The notes under the pieces were generated by a model. The model was not told where the DNA came from. It searched no databases and saw nothing but the letters and a program-made list of their open reading frames with translations. The position numbers and the translations under genes were made by a program. Shown in pieces: positions 55,208-64,000 of a stretch of DNA of 64,000 bases (position 1 is its first letter; the number at the start of each line of letters is the position of its first letter). The DNA is from Flavobacteriales bacterium (GTDB lineage: Bacteria > Bacteroidota > Bacteroidia > UBA10329), in contig WGMW01000003.1 in assembly GCA_016124845.1 (NCBI GenBank), forward strand, positions 27,824 to 91,823. Reading direction: 5' to 3'.

Positions 55208-55918
55208 GTGATGCTCAAGAATGTTCTGTTATGGTACTTGGCCGTGCTGTTGTTCGGAAGCCTGCAAGCGCAGGAGAAGGGAGCGCTTGTCTACGCCAAT
55301 TCGTTTACGCAACGCGATTCGTTGAACGATTGGGTGATGGAAGGCGCGGGCGTGGTTGCGACAGACAGCAGCGGAATGACCATGTATTCGCCTGATGAGG
55401 CGGGGCATCATGTGTTCTGGTGTCCGCAGGAATTGCCAGCGCGTTTTGTGGCCGAGTGGGACGTAAGAAACCTCCATCCCGAAGCAGGGCTCTGCATCGT
55501 TTTCTTTGCGGCCAAAGGGCGCCATGGCGAAGACATCTTCGACCCGCAACTGACCAAGCGAACGGGCATTTTCAGGCAGTACACCAAAGGTGATATTGAC
55601 AATTACCACATCTCGTACTACGCCAACACGCCTACGCAAAAGGACCGTCCGCACAGCCACTTGCGTAAGAACCACGGTTTCAAGAAGGTGCAGGCAGGAG
55701 AGTTGGGCATTCCGCCCGATTCGGAGGAGGTGCACCACATCCGATTGGTGAAAGACCAGGGTCACATTACCATGTCGGTGGATGGCCGCATGATCATCGA
55801 TTGGACGGATGATGGAAAGACCTTTGGCGAAGTGCTGGGTTCAGGAAAACTCGGTTTCCGCCAGATGAAATGGACGCGGATGGTCTATCGGAACTTGCGT
55901 GTTTGGGAGTTGCTCTGA
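55208..55918 (+). CDS. DUF1080-family (3-keto-disaccharide hydrolase-like) secreted protein.
   Basis: Signal peptide. The concanavalin-like pattern YTKGDIDNYHISYYANTPT fits DUF1080. Confidence 0.5.
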   Translation: MMLKNVLLWYLAVLLFGSLQAQEKGALVYANSFTQRDSLNDWVMEGAGVVATDSSGMTMYSPDEAGHHVFWCPQELPARFVAEWDVRNLHPEAGLCIVFFAAKGRHGEDIFDPQLTKRTGIFRQYTKGDIDNYHISYYANTPTQKDRPHSHLRKNHGFKKVQAGELGIPPDSEEVHHIRLVKDQGHITMSVDGRMIIDWTDDGKTFGEVLGSGKLGFRQMKWTRMVYRNLRVWELL

Positions 55919-56113
55919 CATAGATCGGTATTCGGTAGCGATAAATTTATAGCAGACCGGGAGTGTTGGTTGAATGGTTTGGCTGGCGGCTTTAGATCAG
56001 TTACAACTTAGCGCAGCGTTCTCTCTGCATTTGGCAGAAAACTGGTCGTGTCTATTTCCACACAAGTGATTCTTTGGAAGACTGGCGCGGCCATGGGGCG
56101 TTTGGATATTGGA

Positions 56114-56386
56114 TTAGTGGTAGTGCTTAAAGTCAAGTAAGAACCAATTAATCAATAGAAAAAGAGTGCCAACGACAACATCAATGATTATCAATTTGAC
56201 TCTTTTGTCGAGTAGAAAGTATCGATACATAACTGCTGTTGCGGTGAGCAATAGGATTGCTGGAATACTTAGATAATGAAGAATTATGAAATCTACGAAT
56301 TCAAAGTACTCTTGGAATAGCATTCTCCAAGCAAGAATTATCAATGAACCGAATATGAGTAGTACTGTGGGAAGGTATGTAGGCAT
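56114..56386 (-). CDS. Small membrane protein of 90 aa with 3 transmembrane segments.
   Basis: Hydrophobic ORF. Confidence 0.35.
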   Translation of the reverse strand: MPTYLPTVLLIFGSLIILAWRMLFQEYFEFVDFIILHYLSIPAILLLTATAVMYRYFLLDKRVKLIIIDVVVGTLFLLINWFLLDFKHYH

Positions 56387-56493
56387 GAATGCTCGATAAG
56401 TAAATTTAGACGAAATTATTCAGATTCATGATCACCCTAAATTCACATCCCCGCAACCTTCCACAAACCCCTAATCCGTAATTTGGCGGCAAT

Positions 56494-57489
56494 ATGCTGA
56501 GGCGCATTCTTCTACGTACGGTGCTGGTGGTGTTGCTGATGGTTCCGTTCAGCAGTAACATGCTTTTCTCGTGGGGGTTCTTTGCGCATAAGCGCATCAA
56601 CCGTTTGGCGGCCTTTACGCTTCCGCCTGAGATGATCGGGTTCTACAAACGCAACCTCAACTACATCACGGAGCATGCGGTGGACCCTGACAAGAGGCGC
56701 TACATTGCCAAGGATGAGGCGCCACGGCATTACATTGACATCGACCATTTCGGCCCTGGCATGGAGTGCTTTGAGGCCATGCCGCGCCAATGGAACGAGG
56801 CGGTGCAGAAGTACACGGAAGACACGCTACAGGCGTACGGCATTGTGCCGTGGCACATTGATGTGATGGTGTTCCGTTTGACGAAGGCCTTTCAGGAAGG
56901 CAACTTGGACCGCATTCTGCGGAATTCGGCCGAGATAGGCCATTACATTGCCGATGCGCATGTGCCGCTGCACACCAGCGAGAACTACAATGGCGACATG
57001 ACGAACCAGCATGGCATCCATGGTTTCTGGGAAAGCCGTCTGCCCGAGCTCTTCTCCGATCAGTATGATTTTTTGGTGGGGCGCGCCCAGTATATTGACG
57101 ACCCGTTGGATTTTGCGTGGAACGTGGTGGAGGACAGTCATGCCGCGCTGGACAGCGTGCTGCTGTTTGAGGCCGAGCTGAATGCCGAATGGCCCAGCGA
57201 CCGCAAATACACCATGGAGAACCGTGGGCAGGTGCTGCTGAAAGTGTATTCGCAGGAATATTCGGAGGAGTACCACAACCGCCTGAACGGCATGGTGGAA
57301 AGACGCATGCGCGGAGCCATTTACAGCATCGGCTGCATCTGGTACACGTGCTGGGTGAATGCGGGGCAGCCCGACCTTTCGAAGCTGTATGACGAGAAGC
57401 TTTCGCCTGAGGAAGAGGAGGAGATGATCGAGTTGGAACTGAAGGTGAAGGGCTCGGACGGCATCAAGGGGCGGTCGCATGAGAATTGA
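56494..57489 (+). CDS. S1/P1 nuclease / zinc-dependent PLC-like protein.
   Basis: The WGFFAHKRINRLAA N-terminus follows the signal peptide. His and Asp-rich metal ligands HYIDIDHF and HVPLHTSEN are present. Confidence 0.55.
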   Translation: MLRRILLRTVLVVLLMVPFSSNMLFSWGFFAHKRINRLAAFTLPPEMIGFYKRNLNYITEHAVDPDKRRYIAKDEAPRHYIDIDHFGPGMECFEAMPRQWNEAVQKYTEDTLQAYGIVPWHIDVMVFRLTKAFQEGNLDRILRNSAEIGHYIADAHVPLHTSENYNGDMTNQHGIHGFWESRLPELFSDQYDFLVGRAQYIDDPLDFAWNVVEDSHAALDSVLLFEAELNAEWPSDRKYTMENRGQVLLKVYSQEYSEEYHNRLNGMVERRMRGAIYSIGCIWYTCWVNAGQPDLSKLYDEKLSPEEEEEMIELELKVKGSDGIKGRSHEN

Positions 57490-57563
57490 TTGTTGTTTTG
57501 TCATGCTGACGAAGGAAGCATCTCATTCAGATTGAGAGATTCCTCGTTCCTCGGAATGACAAA

Positions 57564-58634
57564 TTGGAAATGAACGACAAACCACTATCAGGACTGAAAG
57601 TATTGGAGTTGGCATCCGTGTTGGCGGGGCCAGCGGTGGGCATGTTCTTGGCGGAGCTTGGTGCGGAGGTGATCAAGATTGAGAATCCGAAAACAGGCGG
57701 AGATGTAACGCGGAGTTGGAAGCTGACCACCGAAGACCCGAACGCGGACATCAGCGCGTATTTCGCGTCTGTGAACTATGGAAAGCAGCACCGATTTCTT
57801 GATCTGAAGAACGCTTCTGAATTGGCGGAAGTGCAGCAATTGGCTGCGAAAGCCGACATCATCATTGCCAATTACCGAACAGGACAGGCCGAAGCTTTCC
57901 AGTTGGATTTTGATGCCATCAACAAACACAATCCGAAGGTCATTTATGGAAACATCACGGGGTTTGGGGCGGAGGAAGGTCGCCCTGCGTTCGATGTGGT
58001 GTTGCAGGCCGAAACGGGCTATATGTTCATGAACGGTCAGCCGGAAAGCGAACCGACCAAGATGCCCGTGGCGCTGATCGATGTGCTGGCTGCGCATCAA
58101 TTGAAGGAAGCCATTCTGTTAGCGCTGCTCCAGCGCGAAAAGACAGGAAACGGTGCGTTTGTGGAAGTTTCGCTGTTCGATGCGGCTGTTTCCGCATTGA
58201 CGAATCAGGCCAGCAATTGGCTGATGAACAGTCACATTCCGCAGCGCATGGGTTCGTTGCATCCGAATATTGCGCCTTATGGCGAGATATTGAACACGCA
58301 GGACGGCAAGCAGATCGTGCTGGCCATTGGTTCCAATGCGCAGTTCGAAGCACTCTGTGGAGTATTGGGTTTGGAGGAATTGCCAGCGGATGAACGGTTT
58401 GAGACCAATCAGCACCGCGTGGAAAACCGAACCGAGTTGCAACAGCAACTTCAGCAAAAGGCCAGTTCGATGAACTGTGATATTTTGATGGATTCGTTCT
58501 TGGAAAGGAACATTCCCGCAGGGGTTATCCGAAACTTGAAGGAGGTTTTTGCCACGGAAGCAGCCCAAGCTTTGGTACGAAAGGAAGGGGAAACCGAACG
58601 TGTTTCGCAAATTGCGTTCAAAATGCGCTCATGA
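57564..58634 (+). CDS. Family III CoA-transferase (CaiB/BaiF).
   Basis: LSGLKVLELASVLAGPAVGMFLAELGAEVIKIE matches the N-terminal signature. Confidence 0.8.
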   Translation: MEMNDKPLSGLKVLELASVLAGPAVGMFLAELGAEVIKIENPKTGGDVTRSWKLTTEDPNADISAYFASVNYGKQHRFLDLKNASELAEVQQLAAKADIIIANYRTGQAEAFQLDFDAINKHNPKVIYGNITGFGAEEGRPAFDVVLQAETGYMFMNGQPESEPTKMPVALIDVLAAHQLKEAILLALLQREKTGNGAFVEVSLFDAAVSALTNQASNWLMNSHIPQRMGSLHPNIAPYGEILNTQDGKQIVLAIGSNAQFEALCGVLGLEELPADERFETNQHRVENRTELQQQLQQKASSMNCDILMDSFLERNIPAGVIRNLKEVFATEAAQALVRKEGETERVSQIAFKMRS

Positions 58635-59107
58635 GTCTGCGTTGGGAATGGAAACGGTTCGATGACCTTACGGCCGATGAGGTTTACACGATCCTGTGCG
58701 TGCGGCAGCAGGTGTTTGTGCTTGAGCAGGAATGTCTGTACTTGGATGCCGATGGCAAAGACCGTCAGTCGTTCCATTTGATGGGTTTTGATGGGGATGA
58801 GCTGGTGGCCTACGCACGTATTCTGGATGCGGGTGTGAGCTACGAGGAGGTTTCGATGGGACGCATTCTCACCACCGAAAAGGTGCGTGGAAAAGGTGCT
58901 GGAATGGAACTGATGGAAGTAGGCTTGAAGAAGATCACGGAACACTACGGGAACGTTCCTGTCCGCATTTCAGCACAAACGTACCTACTTGATTTCTATG
59001 AGAAGTTCGGTTTCCGTTCCACGGGAAAGGAATACTTGGAAGATGAGATCCCGCATACGGAGATGCTAAGAAACCCCCTCGATCCCCCAAAGGGGGAAGC
59101 TGACTGA
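58631..59107 (+). CDS. GNAT N-acetyltransferase (ElaA-like).
   Basis: FHLMGFDGDELVAYARIL...RGKGAG. The C-terminus ends in a CCCCCAAAGGGGG hairpin. Confidence 0.65.
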   Translation: MSLRWEWKRFDDLTADEVYTILCVRQQVFVLEQECLYLDADGKDRQSFHLMGFDGDELVAYARILDAGVSYEEVSMGRILTTEKVRGKGAGMELMEVGLKKITEHYGNVPVRISAQTYLLDFYEKFGFRSTGKEYLEDEIPHTEMLRNPLDPPKGEAD

Positions 59108-59208
59108 AAGATCACCGGTCAGAAGGTTGATGTTTCAAAGGTGCTTCGATCTGGCGGCCACCTTCTCTGTGTAACTCCTCAACTCAGACGCTCTCTGTGC
59201 AAGTTCAA

Positions 59209-59628
59209 TTAGAAGGCATTGAATTTGACCACTTTCATGGCTTCGGTCTTGCCGTCTATCAGCAGTTGGCAGACCAATGGTTTGCGCAGATTTCCTTCGG
59301 CCGCGTAGCTGAATTCGTACTGACCTTCTTTCAATTCGCCTTTGTGCAGCGTGGCCAATTCCTGTCCGTTCATATCGGTCACTTTCACTTCGGCATCGTG
59401 TGCCTTTTTCATGCTCACTTCCATCTTGGCGGTCTGAAGCGAAGTGAGTGTGCGCACGCGCATGTAAAAATCATTGCTCACGGCCTTTGCCCGATGTTCC
59501 TCGCGGGCCTTGCGTGCCGCATTGAGCGCTTCCTTGCGTTCGTCCTTGAACACGTACAGTTCGGTGGATTGCGCCAAGGCAGATGTTACCCATCCCGACA
59601 GGAGTAGAATAAAGATTGCTGATCTCAT
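59209..59628 (-). CDS. Hypothetical secreted protein.
   Basis: Signal peptide MRSAIFILLLSGWVTSALA. Confidence 0.45.
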   Translation of the reverse strand: MRSAIFILLLSGWVTSALAQSTELYVFKDERKEALNAARKAREEHRAKAVSNDFYMRVRTLTSLQTAKMEVSMKKAHDAEVKVTDMNGQELATLHKGELKEGQYEFSYAAEGNLRKPLVCQLLIDGKTEAMKVVKFNAF

Positions 59629-59737
59629 ACTTTCTGGTTTCGGTGTCTTTTACCGGACATTGCACGTTGGTGTTATGGTCGTTGGTAGATGAAATCGGTT
59701 GTTTGCCGATAAACCAGCGGTGCTACCTTTGCCGCGC

Positions 59738-60772
59738 ATGTACAAATACATTTTCCGACCGCTCTTTTTTATCCTCGATCCTGAATCTGCACATCACTTC
59801 GTCACGGATCTTTTTACGCTTCTGATGAAGATTCCCGGTGTGAAACAGATCACCGAAAGCATGTATAAGGTGGAGGACAAACGTCTTGAACGGGAACTGT
59901 TCGGGTTGAAATTCCCGAATCCGGTCGGGTTGGCCGCAGGGTTTGATAAGCAGGCTTCGTTTTACAAGGAATTCAGCTCGTTGGGGTTCGGTTTCATTGA
60001 GGTGGGGACCATCACGCCCCAGCCTCAGAACGGGAATCCGCAGCCGCGTATGTTCCGCCTGCCAAAAGATCAAGGGTTGATCAACCGCATGGGGTTCAAC
60101 AATGGCGGGTTGGACATGGCCCGCAAGAACCTCGAAGGCCGTGATCGCAGTTTCATTATCGGGGGCAACATCGGTAAGAACAAGGTAACGCCCAACGAGA
60201 ACGCGGTGGATGATTACATCCTCTGTTTTCAAGGCCTGCACGATCTGGTAGACTATTTCGTGGTGAACGTGTCCTCACCGAACACGCCCGGTCTGCGCGA
60301 GTTGCAGGACAAGGAACCCTTGCTTCGAATTCTGAACGCGCTGAAGGAGGAGAACACGAAGATCCCTGTGCCACGGCCGATCCTTCTGAAAATTGCGCCA
60401 GATCTTACCGATTCGCAGTTGGACGACATTGTGGAAATTGTGGCCGAATCGAAGATCGATGGAGTAATTGCCACCAACACCACCATTTCCCGCGAGGGCT
60501 TGAAGTCTTCTGAATCCATTACAAAGGAAGTTGGAGGTTTGAGTGGGAAACCGGTCCGTGAGCGAAGCACGGAAGTGATACGCTACCTTCATCAGAAAAG
60601 CAATGGTTCGTTCCCGATCATTGGTGTGGGTGGAATCCATTCTGCCGAGGATGCGATAGAAAAGTTGAATGCGGGCGCGAGTCTGGTGCAGGTTTATACG
60701 GGGTTCATTTATGAGGGGCCGGGATTGGTGAAGCGGATAAATAAAGCGTTGGTAAAGTTGACGAAGAGATAG
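59738..60772 (+). CDS. pyrD: Dihydroorotate dehydrogenase (quinone), class 2.
   Basis: [21 protein letters not shown]-terminus. [42 protein letters not shown]. Confidence 0.9.
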   Translation: MYKYIFRPLFFILDPESAHHFVTDLFTLLMKIPGVKQITESMYKVEDKRLERELFGLKFPNPVGLAAGFDKQASFYKEFSSLGFGFIEVGTITPQPQNGNPQPRMFRLPKDQGLINRMGFNNGGLDMARKNLEGRDRSFIIGGNIGKNKVTPNENAVDDYILCFQGLHDLVDYFVVNVSSPNTPGLRELQDKEPLLRILNALKEENTKIPVPRPILLKIAPDLTDSQLDDIVEIVAESKIDGVIATNTTISREGLKSSESITKEVGGLSGKPVRERSTEVIRYLHQKSNGSFPIIGVGGIHSAEDAIEKLNAGASLVQVYTGFIYEGPGLVKRINKALVKLTKR

Positions 60773-60920
60773 AGTTGACGAGGAGATAGAGTTGACGGAG
60801 AGATAGAGTTGACGAAGAGATAGAGTTGATGGAGAGATAGAGTTGACGGAGAGATAGAGTTGACGAAGAGATAAAGTTTACAAAGAGATAAAGTTGACGG
60901 AGAGATAAAGTTGACGGAGT
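60755..60920. repeat. Tandem repeat of about 9.5 copies of a 17-bp unit, (A/G)AGAGATAGAGTTGACG.
   Basis: Starts inside the last codons of pyrD. The units are nearly identical. ORF 60705..60992 (-) is its 51-bp-periodic translation. Confidence 0.8.
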
Positions 60921-60982
60921 TGATTGAGACCGAACTCTCGGTGTCGCTCTGTGTTTCTCAACTGAACTGTGTGAAATAACGA

Positions 60983-61837
60983 ATGAAAGCAATCCAACTC
61001 ATAGAATGTCCGCGCGATGCCATGCAAGGCATCCATGAGTTTATTCCAACGGATAAGAAAGTGGCGTACATCAACGCATTGCTGCAATGTGGTTTCCATA
61101 CGTTGGATTGCGGCAGTTTCGTATCGCCAAAGGCCATTCCGCAGATGGCAGATACTTCCGCAGTGCTGGACAGACTGAGTGAGGAGCACTCCACGAAACT
61201 CTCAGTTATTGTGGCCAATAAACGCGGAGCGCTGGATGCGGCCAATCATCCTCGCGTGGATATTCTGGGTTTTCCATTCTCTGTTTCGGATGAGTTTCAG
61301 AAGCGCAATACCAACGCTTCGCGCGAAGAGGCTTTGGACCGCGTGAAGGAAGTAAAGGAACTCGCCACCAAGCACGACAAGGAACTGCTCATTTATCTTA
61401 GCATGGCGTTCGGAAATCCGTATGGCGAGGTTTGGGATGCAGAAATTGTAGCGGAGTGGACAGCTAAGCTCGCTGCGCTGGATATTCAGCTTTTCATGCC
61501 ATCCGACACCATCGGTTCGTCCACCAAAGAGTCCATTTCTGCGGTTTACAAATTGCTCAATCAGGAATTCCCAAAACTGGACATCGGGGCACATTTGCAC
61601 ACCACGCCCGACACGTGGAAAGAGAAGTTGGATGCTGCTTGGGACAATGGTTGTCGCAGGTTCGACTCTGCTTTGAAAGGTTTCGGTGGCTGTCCCATGG
61701 CCAAGGACGACCTGACGGGAAACATGCCCACCGAGCGTGTGCTTCAGTTCTTGGAGGAAAAAAAGGTCGATACGGGCATCGATGAAAATGCGTGGATGGA
61801 AGCGATGAAACTTTCCAGCCAGACATTCCCAGTATGA
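60983..61837 (+). CDS. Hydroxymethylglutaryl-CoA lyase.
   Basis: IECPRDAMQGIHEFIPTDKKVAYINALLQCGFHTLDCGSFVSPKAIPQM matches the HMGL-like N-terminus. Confidence 0.8.
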   Translation: MKAIQLIECPRDAMQGIHEFIPTDKKVAYINALLQCGFHTLDCGSFVSPKAIPQMADTSAVLDRLSEEHSTKLSVIVANKRGALDAANHPRVDILGFPFSVSDEFQKRNTNASREEALDRVKEVKELATKHDKELLIYLSMAFGNPYGEVWDAEIVAEWTAKLAALDIQLFMPSDTIGSSTKESISAVYKLLNQEFPKLDIGAHLHTTPDTWKEKLDAAWDNGCRRFDSALKGFGGCPMAKDDLTGNMPTERVLQFLEEKKVDTGIDENAWMEAMKLSSQTFPV

Positions 61838-63090
61838 ATATGAGAAATCGCAAAGCCTCGCTGGCGTTCATTTTCGGTACAGTTGCGGTCGATATGATCG
61901 GTATCGGCATCATCATTCCTGTGATTCCTCAGTTGATCGGAAATGTGGCGCAGGTGTCGCTTTCTGAAGCGGCTGCCATCGGAGGTATGATGATGATGGT
62001 CTATTCGGGCATGCAGTTCTTTTTTGCCCCTGTGATGGGTGAGCTGAGTGACCGATTTGGCAGACGTCCGCTTCTGCTCACAACCCTGCTCGTACTTTCC
62101 ATCGACTATCTTTTTCATGCATTTGCCCCTTCTGTGGCTTGGCTTTTTGTGGGAAGAATACTGGCAGGGATCTCTGGGGCGAGTTATACCGTTGCCAATG
62201 CTTACATAGCCGATATTTCGAAGGCGGAAGACCGAGCGAAGAACTTTGGGTTGGTGGGTGCAGCGTTCGGTCTTGGGTTCATTCTCGGACCGGTAATAGG
62301 TGGTGTGTGTGGCGAATATTGGGGCTTCCGTGCGCCCTTCTTTCTGGCGGCCGCCTTGGGTTTTCTGAACTTCCTTTTCGGAATGTTCTTCGTTCCCGAA
62401 TCGTTGGAAGAGGAGAAGAGGCGGCCTATCGAATTCAGTAAGATGATCCCGGGCGCAAGCCTGTTGAATCTTACCAAATACCGATCGGTAGGAGGATTTA
62501 TCGTTGCGTTTTTCTTTGCGTTTCTGGCAGGGCAGGCCATGCCATCAACATGGACCTTCTTCGTCATCGAGAAATTGAACTGGTCGGAACTGGACATTGG
62601 GATAAGTTTGGGTTTTGTGGGGATACTCATCTCCTTTGTGCAGGCGGTATTTGTGGGTTGGAGTACCAGAAAGTTCGGCACAGAGCGGGTCATTGTCGGT
62701 GGTTATTTTTTGGCCGCGCTCGGCATGGGACTCCTTTCTCAGGCGGAGGTCGGTTGGCAAGTGTATGCTTTTACCATTCCATATTGCTTGGGAGGCGTGG
62801 CCACGCCCACGCTGCAAGGATTGCTTTCCAATCATGTTTCGTCAAGCGAGCAGGGCAAATTGCAGGGAGCCATTACAAGTCTCATCAGTATTTCGGCCAT
62901 TCTGGGGCCGTTGATCCACACGCGTTTGTTCGAACTGTTCACAGGGAAGGATGCCATCACTTATTTCCCAGGGATGCCGTTTGCAACAGCAGCCGTCATG
63001 CTTCTCATCTCGTTCACATTGGCCATCGTTACCATAGCAAGAACGAATAGGAAGGGCGCAGATGCCGAGACCGTGTCAACCGCTGGTTGA
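61834..63090 (+). CDS. MFS transporter, Tet/TCR-like drug:H+ antiporter type.
   Basis: About 12 transmembrane segments. ELSDRFGRRP is motif A. The start overlaps the lyase stop. Confidence 0.75.
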   Translation: MNMRNRKASLAFIFGTVAVDMIGIGIIIPVIPQLIGNVAQVSLSEAAAIGGMMMMVYSGMQFFFAPVMGELSDRFGRRPLLLTTLLVLSIDYLFHAFAPSVAWLFVGRILAGISGASYTVANAYIADISKAEDRAKNFGLVGAAFGLGFILGPVIGGVCGEYWGFRAPFFLAAALGFLNFLFGMFFVPESLEEEKRRPIEFSKMIPGASLLNLTKYRSVGGFIVAFFFAFLAGQAMPSTWTFFVIEKLNWSELDIGISLGFVGILISFVQAVFVGWSTRKFGTERVIVGGYFLAALGMGLLSQAEVGWQVYAFTIPYCLGGVATPTLQGLLSNHVSSSEQGKLQGAITSLISISAILGPLIHTRLFELFTGKDAITYFPGMPFATAAVMLLISFTLAIVTIARTNRKGADAETVSTAG

Positions 63091-63131
63091 AGCGTTGATC
63101 GGAATCTCATTGTTTGCTGAGGGAAAGATTC

Positions 63132-64000
63132 CTACTTCGAAACGAAAACAGGGCCGTATGTATTACGGATGGATTCGTCAAGCGAGTTCAGAAAGCGATT
63201 GTCGCTGTTGGAAAGCTGACCTGATGAAGCTACTTCCTGAATGACAATTCTCCCTTTTACAAGCGCATACGTGCGGTGAAAGGTCGTCTGTGGGTTCTCA
63301 CTCTTCAATTTGCGGATCAACACGGGTTCATCGAGATTCGCATCAATGGTTTCGGTATTGTCGGAAGTGATTGTCGTTCCGTACGCAGTACCTCTCTGTG
63401 CCTCTTCACGATTGACGAATGTGATGAACTGCATGTAGCTGACGTCTGATTCCAATTTCACCACCTTCTCCGAATAGGCAGTTTCGCCACTTCTCAGGCT
63501 GTAATCCGTTTCATGGCGATGAGTGGTCACGATCGGAGCTCCCGGCCATGAGGTGATCAACGAAGTTCCCGGAATGGAAGTATGGGTTTTGGTAGCAGTC
63601 GGTTGCGTTCCGGCTGCATCGGCCTGATAGCAGAGGTTTCCCTCCTTTGTATCGTAAACCGAGTACGAACTGGCAAAGAAATGCCCCGGAACCGAGAGCT
63701 CTCGATGGTCGGAGTAGAGGAAGATGGTGATGACATCCTCGGTGGCTATTGCGTCCACATGAAAGTCGGCATAACCTCCGGTTGAATTTCCGGAAAGGGT
63801 CAGGTTGCCATTCTCCGTTTGCACGGCATCCCATTTCAGGTCACCCAATGGAAGTCCATACACCTTTTCCAACTCTGCCGAAAACTCTTCCGTGCGGCAT
63901 TGAATGTCGTACGGGTCCGGGTTTTCCATTTTCACGGCCAGATACAGTTCATCATTGTTCGCGGCAGCCGCCATGTAGCCATAGGCGAGGGTGGTTGTCA
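63132..64000 (-). CDS. Hypothetical protein, C-terminal part only. The gene continues past the window end.
   Basis: Open on the minus strand up to the window edge. Confidence 0.35.
   Translation of the reverse strand, partial: TTTLAYGYMAAAANNDELYLAVKMENPDPYDIQCRTEEFSAELEKVYGLPLGDLKWDAVQTENGNLTLSGNSTGGYADFHVDAIATEDVITIFLYSDHRELSVPGHFFASSYSVYDTKEGNLCYQADAAGTQPTATKTHTSIPGTSLITSWPGAPIVTTHRHETDYSLRSGETAYSEKVVKLESDVSYMQFITFVNREEAQRGTAYGTTITSDNTETIDANLDEPVLIRKLKSENPQTTFHRTYALVKGRIVIQEVASSGQLSNSDNRFLNSLDESIRNTYGPVFVSK

Noticed and set aside
59080-59105. CCCCCAAAGGGGG hairpin at the GNAT gene end and CCCCCTTTACAAAGGGGG at 25065-25085, considered as members of the GC-rich in-frame element.
   Set aside because: They are short single hairpins at gene 3' ends. 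They are more simply explained as terminator-like structures.
60705-60992. ORF 60705..60992 (-) with an [12 protein letters not shown] repeat.
   Set aside because: It is a translation of the 17-bp tandem repeat.

Overview
This 64-kb window looks like a Bacteroidetes chromosome segment of roughly 50-55% GC. A flexirubin/aryl-polyene-type pigment gene cluster occupies about 18.7-47.2 kb. Its upstream flank (8.5-14.7 kb) carries a flavin halogenase, a Baeyer-Villiger monooxygenase and CrtI-like oxidoreductases. A lower-GC island of about 9.5 kb (27.03-36.59 kb) splits the cluster between its acyl carrier protein gene and a lysophospholipid acyltransferase gene. The island encodes four co-directional genes that I cannot assign to any described system. 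The first is a 1717-aa protein with clear GHKL (histidine-kinase-like) ATPase motifs and two PRTase-like Rossmann domains. The second is a receiver (REC) domain fused to an APH/protein-kinase-like kinase. The third and fourth are two OMP-decarboxylase-superfamily paralogs, one of type 2 and one HPS/KGPDC-like type 1. The island is flanked by unusual 21-bp-periodic tandem repeats. The window is also unusually rich in repeats. There is a long palindromic AGCCACAGA...TCTGTGGCT intergenic element with at least nine copies. There is a two-hairpin element of about 60 bp. A GC-rich palindromic element is inserted in frame in two coding sequences, an IcmF-like mutase and a KAS-like protein. Large inverted repeat arrays bracket 17.5 kb. 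Three insertions left duplicated target or gene fragments: a GIY-YIG gene after msrA, a RelE/XRE toxin-antitoxin cassette with a 120-bp duplication of a gene 5' end, and a split IS110 transposase. Housekeeping genes in the window include ndh, msrA, tag, gcvT, comB, pyrD and an HMG-CoA lyase. All protein calls rest on motif recognition in the supplied translations. No database search could be run.
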